A stretch of DNA of 64,000 nt. Source: Solemya velum (lineage: Eukaryota). Where the stretch lies: assembly GCA_048127485.1 (NCBI GenBank), contig JBHNWI010000006.1, forward strand, positions 46,407,358 through 46,471,357, read 5' to 3'. Below, in pieces: positions 1 to 13,686 of this stretch; the stretch's first letter is position 1, and every line of letters begins with the position of its first letter. A model generated the notes under the pieces. That model did not search any database and was not told the origin of the DNA. It worked only from the letters and a program-made list of their open reading frames with translations. The position numbers and the translations under genes were made by a program.

Positions 1-159
1 GGGGGTAAAGTCAGGACATGTTTGCTTTGGACAGGAAAAAAAGTTTACAATTTGTAATCATTCAAGCATAAATACTCTGTAACCTTCAGATGAAAACTAT
101 ATGTAGATTTGTATAGCTACCGATAGTTTCACACAAACTTGTTTGGTTTTTTTTGCCAG

Positions 160-261
160 GTGAGCAATTGGAGAAAGGGGTTCAAGATGCCTACATTCTC
201 TCAGAAAGCGAATCATTGATTTTGCAAGCCATAGAAGAATTTAAGGACACAATGTTCAAAG
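160..261 (+). CDS. MVP: MVP exon, first resolved in this window (gene continues upstream). Translation ..GEQLEKGVQDAYILSESESLILQAIEEFKDTMFK. Phase-1 start.
   Basis: AG acceptor at 158-159 and GTAAG donor at 262. Translation aligns with human MVP '..[28 protein letters not shown]'. Confidence 0.85.
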
Positions 262-1138
262 GTAAGATAAGATGGCATATATACTAGTACTATGTTAACA
301 TCTTTCTAAGGATATCTTTCTCCCATCCTGTGTACATATGCCCATAGTTAGAGCCGAGGGTAAGATAGATAATTTACATGTTTATATTCATTTCAATCAC
401 TGTCACTAACAGATCTGGGGACAATTTCACTGCATTGTAATTGATTAAATTACAGATTTCGTGTGTTAGCCTTGACTTACCAGATGAACAAGTTAGTGAA
501 ATTAACACATTTCTTCAAAGACAAGTATGTTTGTTATTTAACCCACTGACCATATCAGAAGACTTTGTTCAAAACCACTTTTCTGTGTATCAAGAATGCA
601 AGATCATCAGCTAAAATTTTAATCAATTAATCAAAAAACAATCTGAAAGTAATCAATGATCACAGAGAATTTTGGACTGAAATTGATTAAATTACAATTA
701 CTTATCATAAAATGTCTGCCTAAGTATTGATTACTTATTATTATTTGGGAAAATGTAATTGATTACCGATTATTATGATTACTGATTACAATTACCCCCC
801 CTCAAAATTAACAGCAGAATTATATTCAGACTTTATTAAATGATTGTTACATTGATTACCTATTATTTTTTAGCAGTCTTCTGTCACCTGCTCTCCATAG
901 GTGATTTGCCATATATATTATGCAAGCCGTGTTGAAAAGTGTGAAAGTTCGGATTTGTTAATATGTCAGGAGAAAGCCGATGATTGTTTCATATGTCGAG
1001 AAAGCTGTTCCTTTGAGACAATCAAATAAAAGGATGTTTGATTCTAGTAGAGACAATTTAAAATGTATTAATCGCCAGTATAGAAAAATGGCAAAAATTC
1101 ATATTCCAAAATATTTTCTTATTTTTGTTTTTCTCCAG

Positions 1139-1226
1139 GAAAGAATCGTGAGCCAGGAGATCGGTGGTTGATCAAAGGTCCACTAGAATACATTCCACCA
1201 ATTAGGGTCAGAGTCGTCAAGAAACG
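1139..1226 (+). CDS. MVP: MVP exon. Translation [30 protein letters not shown].
   Basis: cag|GA acceptor and GTTTGT donor. Matches human '[27 protein letters not shown]'. Phase is continuous with neighbouring exons. Confidence 0.9.
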
Positions 1227-2939
1227 GTTTGTCAATAAAACACAAATCCAGAAGAGTGACTATTTTAACATTGAAATCTGATTAACTTGCATGAAATTAT
1301 TCTATGGTTTCAAGATACAACATAAATTTTGACTCGATTTTGCTGTAATTTTCAAATGCTGTATCTACTAGTACTTAAAGGAATTCTCAGGGCAACAATC
1401 ATTAAATTACTCTAACAAGCAGAATTTTAAAAAAATATATGCCAACTGATACAACTCTAATAAAACTCAACATACCTGGGTTAGTTGTCTTCAAATTTCA
1501 TGCTGTTTATTTATTACTTAAATTACTGTTTTTAAACTCGCCATGTATGTCAGTTTGGCAAGTTCACAAACTCTATTTGAAAAACCGGGAAGATCACACA
1601 GATAATCGACTTCATTGAACTATAAGAAAGATTGAATGTTAATTTGTTGTTTGTCTTAGCGAGATCGATGATATGTTGTGCTATGCATCATTACAAAAAT
1701 CCCCAAACACCCAGACTCCAACACATTCAGAATGCTGTGATTTTGACACTGTTGAAAAAGTCCCAGATTAATGGCTGGGAACAAAAAATGCGTTCGAGAG
1801 AATATTATCTGGAACAATACACTCTTGGTATATGTACAACTATATGAACATGGTAAATGTGTCATATTTCTCACATACCCTGGCATGAAAGACTGGTGTA
1901 TCCCATGTGATATAGCCATGTGATATATCTCTGTCTCACATATCCGGGCCACTGCATGTGGCCTAATGATAACGTCATGAAAAGACGATGATGTTCCGAA
2001 TGCATAAAATGGCGACGTGAGGATGTTAACACTCTATTTAGAGTACCTAAATGGCTTTTTGTGCCAAATTGTGGATCACTGTATGAGAGAAAAAGGAGTA
2101 TTTCATATGCTGGTATGTGATGTAGAATAGTTCTATATTACATACCAGCATATGAAATACTCCTATAGTCTCATCCTCACATTTCAACGTTCAGTTTTGG
2201 AATCCCACTGAAAACAAAAATGTTTTAAAAGAGATTTCAGCTTGGGTTTGGGCTGGGCTTGCTCTTGAGAAAGCTGTCGGTGGATGCTTGTTCCCATAAG
2301 TTTTGATATGTTCTTTCCACTCATCGACAGGACTTATATAGTTGTTATCTACAGAAACAAGCCTCTAAAACAAACCAATTCCCTTAATCCAAAGGAATAT
2401 TACCACACATGGCACCAGTGAATACAAAGACACACAGCAAATGAGGATAAAACTAATTTATGACAGAATATGGTTACCGTTATCTTTGAAGCCCTACATG
2501 AAAGTTGTCATCTGGTGGTTGTTGGGCTACCCCGGTAATGCTTAATTTGATTGCCCTCCCAGAGCCATATCTGCTATGTCTGTACATGTATTTGTTTACA
2601 TGCGCAACTTATGTATATGATAGAAGCCATATCTAAAGACAGGTCGCTGATATGTTTCTCTTCCAAGAAATTTCAAGGCCAATGGGGACACAGGCTTCAT
2701 GTAGTCCAAAGTTATGTGTAGTCAGACATTGTTGAGCTGCAAAGCAGAATTTGATATATGATTGTGCAATGATGCTGAGAGATGACCCAGTAGCCACATG
2801 TATCAGCAGACATGGCCTTATGGATAGAGCTGTGTCATACACACACCGTAATGCATTATCCAAATACCTTCCAGAAGTTAAGACTTGGTAATATTATATG
2901 GAGGAATCAATTTATGTTGGTTTTTTTTTGTTCCCACAG

Positions 2940-3000
2940 AGAGAATATTCCTCTCAGTAAGAATGAAGGCATTTATGTTCAGAACTCACAGACTGGAAAG
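2940..3000 (+). CDS. MVP: MVP exon. Translation (R)ENIPLSKNEGIYVQNSQTGK.
   Basis: cacag| acceptor and GTGAGT donor. Matches human 'IPLDENEGIYVQDVKTGKV'. Confidence 0.9.
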
Positions 3001-3722
3001 GTGAGTCATTTTTTCATGTTGTCACTACATGTTTTGGCGAACAAAATTGTGGTGTAATTAGAGGTAGGCCTCCATAGGACTGGTGTGAAAATCGTTGACT
3101 GACACTATTACTGTGGGCAGGAAAATTCATTGAAGACTTTTGTCTCGAACACCTACTGTTCTGTCAACAGTCAGTCTATGTGAGTACGTCATCAGAAGCA
3201 ATGACCTTGCCCCTGTATGAAACGATATCAATTGGTTTTTAAAAAGTTCAACATTCAGCTCGGGCTCTTTATGTTAGGAGTGACCAAACTGAAGCCATAT
3301 TATTTAATGTGCCCAATTAGATACATGTACTTGTAACTAATGATACATGTACACACATGTTGAAAAATTTTGCTTTTTCAGTGGCACATCTGATTTTTTT
3401 TTCAGATTTCGATTATCCAAGTCATTGAACAAAATCAAAAATATTCTCAAACTAAAAACGTGTTCATTCTCTCAGAATCTTTATTGATAGAAAGACCATT
3501 TAGAAATTTTGTTATTTTAAATTAGCATTATCATCACAGGTACATACTACATTTTATTATGACATCTCAGTCATCTAACATCTCTCAAAGAAGTTTTAAA
3601 AATCCTTACTGACTTGAATGGGCATGAAAAAGTCTATACTGAATGAGCTTATTGTCACTGGTGATATTGAAAAAGATGAAGGAATTATTTGAGATGTTTA
3701 TAAAAAAAATTATGTTTGATAG

Positions 3723-3817
3723 GTAAGAGCTGTGATGGGCCCCCAATCTTATATGTTGACAGCAGAAGAGGAACTTTGGGAGAAGAAACTACCTACAATT
3801 GTCGAGACATTGCTCAA
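3723..3817 (+). CDS. MVP: MVP exon. Translation [31 protein letters not shown](K).
   Basis: atag| acceptor and GTATGT donor. Matches human '[31 protein letters not shown]'. Confidence 0.9.
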
Positions 3818-3957
3818 GTATGTAGAAAGTATTTGATGGTTGCAAATCAACATTATATGAATCTGACAGTCCTGAGTTTTCAATAAATATTCAGCAGAGT
3901 TTCCGAAATGTTTATTTATTACCAGTATTTATAAATCATGTTAATTACAATGAATTT

Positions 3958-4262
3958 TTACCAGCGCAGTGACTTAGTGGTTAGGATGCTTACTCAGGGA
4001 CTGAGGGGTCAGGGTTTCAAACCCTAGCTGGGACAAATAAAAAACTTTAAAATTGGTATTCCTTGCAGCTGACTGTCAGAGCTGGTTAACCCAGTGTTAG
4101 TATAATGTCACTGGGGAGAATGCCATGTGGTATGCAACATGGCATTCCAGTTTGATAGCACCGTAAAGAGTGGCATGAATGAGTCCACACTGTCGCAAAC
4201 AGAAACAGTTCACTTGCATGCACAATCACTCTCATACTTGTCTTATATAGCTGGAAATGACC
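3958..4262 (+). repeat. SINE family A (tRNA-derived head, conserved central core, body and CCAA-rich tail), full copy.
   Basis: Head 'gtgacttagtggttaggatgc...gggtttcaaaccc', core 'aaaactttaaaattggtattccttgcagctgactgtcag', body 'ggttaacccagtg...tgtggtatgc...cactgtcgcaaacag'. Confidence 0.75.
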
Positions 4263-4269
4263 ATGAATA

Positions 4270-4618
4270 GTTTTACAATAGCTGGGGCCTTCATGACCGA
4301 GGGGATAAGGTGCTGCACTCAGCAACTAATGTTGGTGCTTCTAATATAACATTCCTAGTTCGAGCCCTGTTGGTGTCAAACTTTGTTCTAAGCAAACTTT
4401 GTTTCAACGACATAGTCTTCTGATACTTGCTTATGAGAAAGCTGTTGGTAGCTTGCAGATGGTCACAAATCCTTTCCATCTACATCTAGGTGGTTTCTTC
4501 TCCCTGCTACTCGCACGGACATAGGTTTACATAACCGTATTTTTGACTAAACAAAAACAAAAACAAATCATCTCACCTCACCTCACATCTACAATGGTTT
4601 GTTTGAAAAAATTTGTTA
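4270..4618 (+). repeat. SINE family B (tRNA-like head 'g..gaggggataagg..ctgc.ctca'), full copy lying directly next to the family A copy.
   Basis: Near-identical to 44160-44445 ('gaggggataagg...ttcgagccc...gcaaactt.gttt.aac...tatgagaaagctgt...ttcttc.ccctgctactcgcac.gaca...aaacaaatcat'). Confidence 0.75.
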
Positions 4619-5244
4619 GCATTAAATTTGTTTTCAAGATGCTACATGAGTGAGTTCGTGGAAGAAGTTGAATAAATTGATATTAAAGATCTCAAACAAG
4701 ACATTGCTGTTTTCATCTAGATTTGATTTAAGGCTTTTAAACAATATACTCAGTTCTCTAATGTAAGACATAAAGCATACACAAAACATTTAAATCTGCG
4801 GTTATTAAACTGCCTACAAAAATACCTGGATCATGTTTCTAACCTTTTATTCAAATCAAAGTGCTGAATTGGCATCTTAGTCAGAATGGTTTACCTCCCC
4901 CTCCCTGAAATGTCAGTCGGTGTACCGGATAATTCATAGTACTAAAACTGCCACACTCGTATGAATCCCAAGTTGTTAAAATTAGCTCGCATTTTCAGAG
5001 TTGATTTCTAGTATCTCTAATTATATTAGTATATATTAGAGCCAACGCGTCAGGCCCTTGTGCTTGTGGCATGTTTGTCTCTCAACTTGTGAGATTGTGA
5101 GATATGCTATAGCATGTTTGAGTTATCAAGATCTTCTCATCAGATGACAACTGCTCATATCAAAGCTCCTGTTCCAAGGGTATATAAAACCTAGACTCGG
5201 AGCTTCCCTGAAAAAACTCTTATCATGATCTTGTCAACCATCAT

Positions 5245-5530
5245 TCAGTGTGTGTTTCACAACTCAGTCAGGACATTTTAGAGTCACAAGTTGTTTAGTT
5301 TTTGTCTCGTCACGGTCTGCGACAGCAGAAGTGAAACAAAGGGATCACTCTTTCCGTTCAGCGTCGGCGTTGGAGTTGACGGTGTCGTCAACATTTCATT
5401 TCTAGAGAACAACTCCTAAACTACTTGGTAGATTGGAACCATACTGCACACAAGTGGTCCCCATGCACCCTAGATGTGCTATTTGGGGTTGATTACTCTG
5501 CAGGCGAGACAATAATGGAATTTTACTTGT
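5245..5530. repeat. MITE-like repeat, copy 1. The internal TIR is 'ttgtctcg..ctgcgacagcag / ..gcaggcgagacaa'.
   Basis: About 85% identical to 6270-6490. Both end in '...atggaattttacttgtta'. Confidence 0.65.
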
Positions 5531-5927
5531 TATATACTTGATGTGACTGTTGGATTATACCAGTATACCGGGGGAGTTCATGATGGGGGCTGCATGTTGA
5601 ACAGGAGATGCTCACTCTTCCTGAGCACCTGATCTCACTTTCTCTTTGTGGGTGAAGTTTTTTCTCTTTTTTTTTTTGTTTTGTCCATTGACTTCGAGTA
5701 TTGTTTTTGTGATATTGGTCTTGTTCTTCATTTTTTAGTATGGCTTTCTATGAGAAGGGTGAGGGTGATCGAGTGATGTTAGTGGGGTCTTGTTTATTTA
5801 TGAAAAATAGTAAAAGTGATGTGGGTTATTAAAAGGTGGGAATAATTATTTTCTCTAGTCCATCTTTTTAATTTTTCTGAAAAGTTTTCTAAATTGATGT
5901 GTAAATTTGTCTACATTATTTGTATAG

Positions 5928-6006
5928 ACAGGGTGGTGGTTCAGGAGCAGGAGACATTAGGAAAATGGCCTACTTCGAACAGTCCATAGACCCACAGATG
6001 TTGAAG
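5928..6006 (+). CDS. MVP: MVP exon, glycine-rich variable segment. Translation (K)QGGGSGAGDIRKMAYFEQSIDPQMLK.
   Basis: atag| acceptor and GTATAT donor. Exon phases fit on both sides. It occupies the position of the poorly conserved human 'GQDPLADRGEKDTAKSLQPLAPRNK' segment. Confidence 0.7.
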
Positions 6007-6269
6007 GTATATTCAAAATCATATTAGATTCTCAGTTGAGTAAGAATAATTACAAGGATCTATCTATGCTTCTGTTTTCAATCATTTAAAAGAATTAACA
6101 TTGAATATTTTATTTTAGTAATCTCATTATTCATTTGAGGGCTCTAATTTGAATGCATTGAGGAACTTAGCGATACAACTTCCTCTTACATCATGATCAC
6201 ATTAGGAAACTTGGTTTTACCACCTCCATAATTTTAGACCTTGTTAATGAGAGATCCAATGCACACTAA

Positions 6270-6490
6270 TGCCTACATCATTTTTGTCTCGCCTGCGACA
6301 GCAGAAGTGAGACATAGGGATCACTCATTCTGTCCGGCGTTGGAGTTGACGGCGACGTCAACATTTCATTTCCGGAGCATAACTCCTAAACTACTGGGTG
6401 AAATGGAACCATACTGCACACAAGTGATCCCCATGCACCCTAGATGTGTCTTTTCGCAGGCGAGACAATTATGGAATTTTACTTGTTAAA
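6270..6490. repeat. MITE-like repeat, copy 2.
   Basis: 'ttgtctcgcctgcgacagcagaagtgagaca...ggagttgacgg.g.cgtcaacatttcatttc...gcaggcgagacaatt'. Confidence 0.65.
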
Positions 6491-6608
6491 TTGTCCTCAA
6501 CTTGAAATGGCATATATTACTATACATGAAGAGCATAAGCTGTAATTTATTCTAGTAAATCTACATACAATTCCAATACAACTCTATCCATAATTCTATA
6601 TATTACAG

Positions 6609-6665
6609 GGAAGAGTAAAAACACAAGTTATTACATACCGATGTCCCTCGAACACTGCAGTGCAG
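6609..6665 (+). CDS. MVP: MVP exon. Translation GRVKTQVITYRCPSNTAVQ.
   Basis: ttacag| acceptor and GTAAAT donor. Matches human 'TRVVSYRVPHNAAVQ'. Confidence 0.85.
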
Positions 6666-9325
6666 GTAAATATTTATTAGATTTTTTCAACCATAGCAAG
6701 ATGAAGTCTGTTGATTACTTCTCTCATCCTACCACTTGCCCCTCATGTAAGCTTTGTTCTGTTATTTTGTCAAAGTATCCTGATGATATGATTTGATTTG
6801 ATGTCAAGAATCACAAGTTCCACATGAAGCAGACTTTCTTATTACGCTTTAATTCATTTCCATTGCAAAGAAACAATTATTGTTAGTGTACATTGAAATT
6901 CGAATTGAATTTATGCTTCAAGCAAAATATAACATTTAAACCCAAGCTCTTTTAAAAACTAATACATCCACTTCTACTTTTTCACGTGCCCATTCATAAT
7001 ATCATTGCATCGTAGTCACATGTAGCATAAGTGATGTGTGGTATAAACACACCAGACGGCTTCAGGTGACAATGAAGTTTCCCTCAATTCACAATTAATA
7101 AATGTACTGTTCTTGCTTGGACCAAAAACTTGTGGCAGGCTCGGCTAATTCTCGTCTTCTACAAGTTTATTAACCCTCGCCAAATAAACTCCATGTACTG
7201 GCCGTACAATAGTAGCCAAATACATACATGTAACAAGTATAAGCTCTATAGAAGTAAGTGTTGTAGCATGACATAAGAAACAATGTAGAATGCTGAGTGC
7301 TGATCAATGTTGTGTTTGTTGGAATGTTTTTAACATGTATGTTGTGACAACATGTTGCACTTTGGAATATAACCCAGGAGCTGCTGTGTGGCAGTGTTTT
7401 GGCAAGAATGATTTTTACAATACTCATTTTCTATACTTTACAGGATTTTAGCATCCCCGCTATACAATATACAATGCAATATACAATGTTCCTGTTTATT
7501 CTTCGATAAGTGACCAACATCAGTCCCATTCCACATACATCCCATCACATATTACAGTGAAGAGATTTCTGATTCGATCATATAGTATATAATAAGCAAA
7601 AGCTGAACAAAAAAATATTTTAGGACCGACCATATTTAGAACCCAGAAACAACCCCCCCAAAATTTTGAATTTCCCCAACAACAAAAGATTAGGAAAAAA
7701 AAAATAATTAAAAAAATCCCTATCATACACACACACATCACATCGCAGTCTCCTGAAGTCTGTAAAGTAGATTTTCAAATGTATTTCTTTGTAATATTGA
7801 TCAGAAATCTGGTTTGTTTGATATTAGAGAAGCCCCGGTCAAGGGTTCATTATTTGTATATACTATTACCCACTAACATTGATAATATATATATACGTAT
7901 ATATGTCAAGGAAATGTAACAATGTACCAGATACATATTATTTCTGATACTGGGACACATTACTGTTACTTAGTCATAATCTTGATTCACACACACAGAT
8001 TTGAATCTGTTTGGAACAAAAAGTTATGATGACAACCATAAGTCAAACACTTTGAACATACACATTACGTTATCCAAATGCTAAAATTCTAGTTATACTG
8101 AAATCTTGATTATGATCATAACTATTACAATAAATGAAGTTTTGTTTTCGATGCTGATGTATATGAGGTTAGTTTATGTTTGGTACAAATACAATAACCC
8201 TTTATCTCCTCTCCCCCTTCCTTCATCCCATCCCCCCCTCAGTCTTCAATCTGATTCGATTATCATTTCAATGATATAGTTTTTAGCATTCATACAGACT
8301 CACTTTGTTCATTATTTTTGTCTACTCAACTCTTATGACAATCTTATTGTTTTTAAAACAATTTAAATCTACAAATGTTGAATTTGACTTTGAGACTTAT
8401 TATGGTATATTATGGATTTTCATTGACATTGACCAACAGATCACAGCATTGTGTCGGTGTTTTGTTATTTTGTTGTTTTGAATTTGGTCTACTTGCTTCG
8501 TCCAGTCGCCACTCCATGTGAAAGGAGTTGACACAAGGTTTACACATGCATAAACTCCAAAGAAAATCAATACAATCCTAAAATAATCAAACACTTGTTG
8601 ATTTTATATAGCTACCTAGTCTAATTTATAAGACAGAAAAAGGATGTATCTGCAGGATTTGTATGTGGTACATGCACTTCCAGAATAATGTTGAATGTAC
8701 AGTTGCATGTACTAATATTTCTAGATTTACTAGTCGGCACTATATTAGCTGGCAGAAACTAATTGGAACAGCAGTGATGTCTGTTTGAAAGAAGTCTTCT
8801 GTTGAACAGATTTGTTGGAAATGGGGTATATTAGATGTCATTAAACATGGTCTAGTTTTTGCTCGTGGTGCTTTTAACAATAATCCTGTGTTGGTTCCAG
8901 GGGTTCAGGAGAATAGACCCACTGTTCACCCTAGCAGGTCGTAAAAGTCGACCATAAGGACACAGCACACAGAAAAAAACAAAAAAATTTGCATACACAC
9001 AGTTCTGTATGGCTTAAAGATTGCTAAAAAGGATGTTAAACTCATTCAACCAACCAACCAACTTTTAACAATACTGTTATGGAGCATGCGCAGAACATTC
9101 CCAATAGTAATGTTTTACCAGAGTAAAACAGAAATGAGCATTCATGTAGCTTTTCTTTTGTGTGTGTAATAGAAAAATACAAATGAGATATTGTTGCGAT
9201 GAGTATGATTAAAGCTAACACATTCTGCAATTCTTGAAGATTTAAAGCAATGTTCAAAACTAACTGTTTAACGTTTTGCAAATGTACTTGTCTGAAACTT
9301 TTTCATTGTTTGCCTTATTTTGCAG

Positions 9326-9422
9326 ATAAACAACTATTTGTCTAAAACTGCTCGTGTCATCTTCGGACCTGATCTTGTTGTTCTTGGACCACACGAGGAC
9401 TTCAATGTGCTTAGTCTGAGTG
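9326..9422 (+). CDS. MVP: MVP exon. Translation [32 protein letters not shown].
   Basis: ttgcag| acceptor and GTGAGT donor. Matches human '[32 protein letters not shown]'. Confidence 0.9.
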
Positions 9423-9926
9423 GTGAGTACTATGAGAGCTCATTATGTAAATGTACAGAGAGTTCAGTCATACTCGAGAAGTCATAGGCCCTCCATGGTC
9501 TAGTGGAGAATGTGCCATACATTCTGTCTTCAGGCCTCTTACATCTAAATGTTCCACTTCTGAATTATTGTTTTTTCCTTCACCTATTTGCACCAGCACA
9601 GTTGATATTATGCTCAGGGAACCACTAAAAAGAAGCAAATTCCAGTCTGATCGAGATATCAATACTAAGATGGTTGTTTCAACTTTGTAGTGGGAAAATT
9701 GTTGATGACATACCAATAGTTCAACTTCGTTCTGTAAAATAGAGTCTTGTTAATTCTTGTTATTGTTTTTATTGTCATGGTAGGCCTCATTGAAGATCAA
9801 TACACTTGACTTCCTGCTGGTGGGTGGGACTAATTCATTGCCCGGCTGAATCAAATACCTACTCAATTCTTATTATCGATGGTTGGTTATTTCATCTCTA
9901 TAAATTTCTCATTTCATTAATTTCAG

Positions 9927-10006
9927 CTGGAAAACCCAAGGTTCAAAATGCAATGAAGTCCTTGTGTTTGATGCTTGGGCCAGATTTCATCTCAGATGTT
10001 CTGGAA
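9927..10006 (+). CDS. MVP: MVP exon. Translation AGKPKVQNAMKSLCLMLGPDFISDVLE.
   Basis: tttcag| acceptor and GTGAGT donor. Matches human '[29 protein letters not shown]'. Confidence 0.9.
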
Positions 10007-10423
10007 GTGAGTATATGTATACCTAGTTGATGGGAATTACACAAACAGGCAGATAGTTAAAAAAATGAACTTCCCCTCCAGAAAAATTACTTGCTCCATA
10101 TTATTGAGAGAGAAAATGTCAGGATGACTGTCAATTCATGACTCAGGTAGAATGTATATTACTAATCATGTATATTATTATCTCCATTTATACAGTATCG
10201 ATATGTTAATATAATTAATGAACTTCCAAAAATGTAAGGCTGATTATCAGTTGCTACATCATTTCTATACTAGTAGACATTGGCAGACACTTTGACTTTC
10301 CCATACAATTTACTATGATTTTCTATGAAGTTCAATCAAAGTATCCATGGAATATGTACAGCCAGTTAATACAATCCAAAAATAATCACTCCTACAAGCC
10401 ACTTATTCAGTTTTTTGTTGCAG

Positions 10424-10483
10424 GTTGAGACTTCTGACCATGCGAGACTCCGTGTGCAGCTTGCTTTCAACAATAGATTCCAT
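10424..10483 (+). CDS. MVP: MVP exon. Translation VETSDHARLRVQLAFNNRFH.
   Basis: gcag| acceptor and GTAAGT donor. Matches human 'TADHARLQLQLAYNWHFE'. Confidence 0.9.
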
Positions 10484-11613
10484 GTAAGTGAAAATGAAAG
10501 AAACTATTTGTCTGTCGAGTTTATTTCATTAGGCCTGTCCCTAAAACCAAATTATCTTCCGGTATTTTTTGTGCTTCAAAATAAAGTTCAATGATGTTGA
10601 TGTTCTGCTTCACGATTATATCATTTTTCGGAGTAGAAGCAGTGTATTGTTAGTAACTAGTTTGAAATCTTCCAACAATGTAGGATTTTACAGCACATCG
10701 TTATGGTCACTAATTTAAGTAAAAAAACAGCCCCAAATTCATAGACAATTAACCCAGATTAAATTGAGTAATTATAGCGTTGTATCAGTTTGTCTCCTGA
10801 TGACGTATATTAATTTGGGCATTACAGTCAGCATGTCCATTCCCAAGACATACCTTCCTATATCCATGACAATGAAGATCTATATACCTTGACTTCAATT
10901 GCCAATCAGACATGTAATATTACTGTATTCAAAAGTATTCTGAAGTGATATCATCTTAAAGAGCAGCATAAGTCCGCACTGTTGCAAGCAGACACAGATT
11001 ACGCCACATACAGTTACTCTCATATGTATCTTATATGGCTGAAAAATTGCTGGAACGGAAATTAAACCCCAATCGACCAGCAATTCTGCCTTATACAATG
11101 CCAAAGAAATTGAGCTTTCTCAGTACATAAAGCTAGCATCAAACATGCATCGTAGAAGACTTGTGTGGCATCCGCCTCAAAAGTTGCAAGTGACTGCCCA
11201 TTCTGCCATCTATCACAAATAAGAACCTGCTCAGAAAATATTTCAGTACACATGTTCCAGACATCGATTGACTGGTCCTACAGGATCGGATCACAGCACC
11301 CATCAATTGAAGCGAACTTACCAGATAATAGTTTTGTTCAACTAGTGGAGTTTCCAATCAGAGTCTTGGCCTATTCTTTAATGTTTTGTTTAGTAACTGT
11401 TCTGTTAAGCAGCAACTGTTACCATATTCGCTTTCACAAGAGAAATGCTTAGCTGCAGAGGTTGAAGTTCTGAAAATAAGTCATTGAATGTTCAAACAAC
11501 ATGCATTTAATTTTAGTGATAATTGTTTTGAAAACTTGGAATAGACATTTCTTATTGTGAAACATTTTAATATACTACTTATTTCATTTCTACTTTTTTA
11601 TTGATTTTTTCAG

Positions 11614-11692
11614 TGCAAGAAAGGAGACATTGTTAATGAAACCAAACTGTTCTCTGTTCCCGATTTCATCGGATTTGCTTGTAGACAGATAG
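11614..11692 (+). CDS. MVP: MVP exon. Translation [26 protein letters not shown](G).
   Basis: tttttcag| acceptor and GTGAGT donor. Matches human '[27 protein letters not shown]'. Confidence 0.9.
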
Positions 11693-12004
11693 GTGAGTGG
11701 GTGTGGTAAAGCTGTGGAATTCTATTGGTTTATTGAATTCACCATGTTCATATTTGAAACATTGGAGACCAGATTACTATGTTTTTAACTTCTATTCAAA
11801 AACACATTTTAAAAATTAGTTCTCAATCACCACCTGACCACTTCAGGGTTCTCCTTTCAGTTCAAATACTTTTAATATATTGTTCAGCTTTTTCATTTTT
11901 GGGGTTCTCACAATAAGAGGCATTATGCATTTTATTTTATATATAAGAGAACACAGTCCATCGATATGTTGTTGTATTTATCATGTATACCGTATGTAAA
12001 TCAG

Positions 12005-12368
12005 TAGACCAGAATTGTTGCCTAGTGGTAAGGGTACCCACTAGGTGACTGGAATGGCCGAGGTTTACAAAAAGTCTTCAAAATTGGTATTCTTTGTGGC
12101 TGCCTGTCAGGCATCGAATAATGAGATCAGTGCAAGGGCTGGTTAACCCGGTATAATGTGACTGGGGAGGATGTCCTATGGTATGCGGTATTGCATTCTG
12201 GTGTGACAGTCCTTTAGAACAGCATCAGTCCACACTGTTGCAAACAGACACGGGTGTGATTTCACATGTTGTGAAGATATAACATACAGTTGTGCTCAGA
12301 TATATGTAGCTGGGCATTTGGGCTTAATTCTAAAGTGCCATTAATCTAACCAATCAAACAATGACCCA
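12005..12368 (+). repeat. SINE family A, full copy in an MVP intron.
   Basis: Head 'gcctagtggtaagggtacccactaggtgactgg', core 'aaaagtcttcaaaattggtattctttgtggctgcctgtcag', body, and tail '...gggcttaattctaaagtgccattaatctaaccaatcaaac'. Confidence 0.8.
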
Positions 12369-12596
12369 AGTTGAGCATCCATTGTAGCAATATTGATACA
12401 TGTAAATTGCAATAGCTAAGGTTATGTTCTCCAAAGATTGGGTCAAATTGGATGTTTTATTCAATTTCCATTTCTGGAACATATCTTCTGATTTTTTTGT
12501 ATGGATCTTTTCCACAATTATTCTTCAGAACATGCTCTACTAACAAATACTCTGTATTGAATGGTTATAATTCAATGTACGAGCGTTATGATTCAG

Positions 12597-12739
12597 GTGC
12601 CCGTATTAGAGCAGCAGTTGCTCTGGTGCCTTTTGATGAGTTTCACTACAACTCAAGCCAGGTCATAAAGACTGCAGTGTTTGGAGTGCAGGATGATGGC
12701 ACACTCAATTCTGAGCTCAAGTTTGAGGCCAATAACTTG
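12597..12739 (+). CDS. MVP: MVP exon. Translation GARIRAAVALVPFDEFHYNSSQVIKTAVFGVQDDGTLNSELKFEANNL.
   Basis: attcag| acceptor and GTAAGT donor. Matches human '[30 protein letters not shown]'. Confidence 0.9.
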
Positions 12740-13686
12740 GTAAGTTCTGTGGAGTTATCACCCCTACATTCAGTAGTCCCAAATGATATTGTAGTTGCAA
12801 GATTCCATACAGGTCAGCTAACACCTTCACCATAACAAGACCAGGGTACCAAGAAAAATAACAATAAAATGCATTTCCAGTGTGTTTAACTGGTTCTTCT
12901 GGTAAACCTCTCTCAAGATTAGGGAGGCAATAACCAAATTCAATGTCACCCTGTTAAATATACACACACACAACGAAGATTGGTTGTATGTGGGGGGGAG
13001 TGGGGGTACTTGTTGTTGTGTATCATCATGAGATGGGATTTTTCATTTAATTATTTACAGACTAATTAACCATTTAAAAAGGACACATTTACAATAGAAT
13101 ATAGAAATGTGAACAAGTAAACAAACATTTGAATCATCGTCAGCTATTATTATTATTATAGAATATGGGAGTGACTTCAGATCTGCTAGCTATTTATGAT
13201 AAAGCACATTGGTACATTAGTATTGTCATTTTGGATTCATGGTTATAAGTGGTAATATTCCACTTCAGGCTTTGCTTCGGTGGGAGAGAACAAAATTGAG
13301 ACTATTGTGAAATCGTATACGAGGTTTGAAAGACAGCTTTCAAAAATCAGAATCTTTTTCATTATCTAGCCCGTAAGATACTGGGCATTATTTTCTTTTC
13401 TGGAAGCTCCAAGGTCTCCTAGGGAGTGAGACTTGCTTTGTGTGTGTGTGTGCGATCCAAAGCCCATAACCTCCTTGTGTCTGATATGTGTAGTGATTGT
13501 TTCGATGGTTTTATGGATGGAAGTTTCTATGCGAGCACTCATCATAGTTTTTCACCTACACTGTACATGGTTCCTTTTGTATCTGATGAGGATTTCACGA
13601 TAGATTCAGTAGAACTGTGGAAAAACTTTCAGATACCATCCCACTCATAGCACAACTGAAATAACAAGCGTTATTCTATTTAACAG

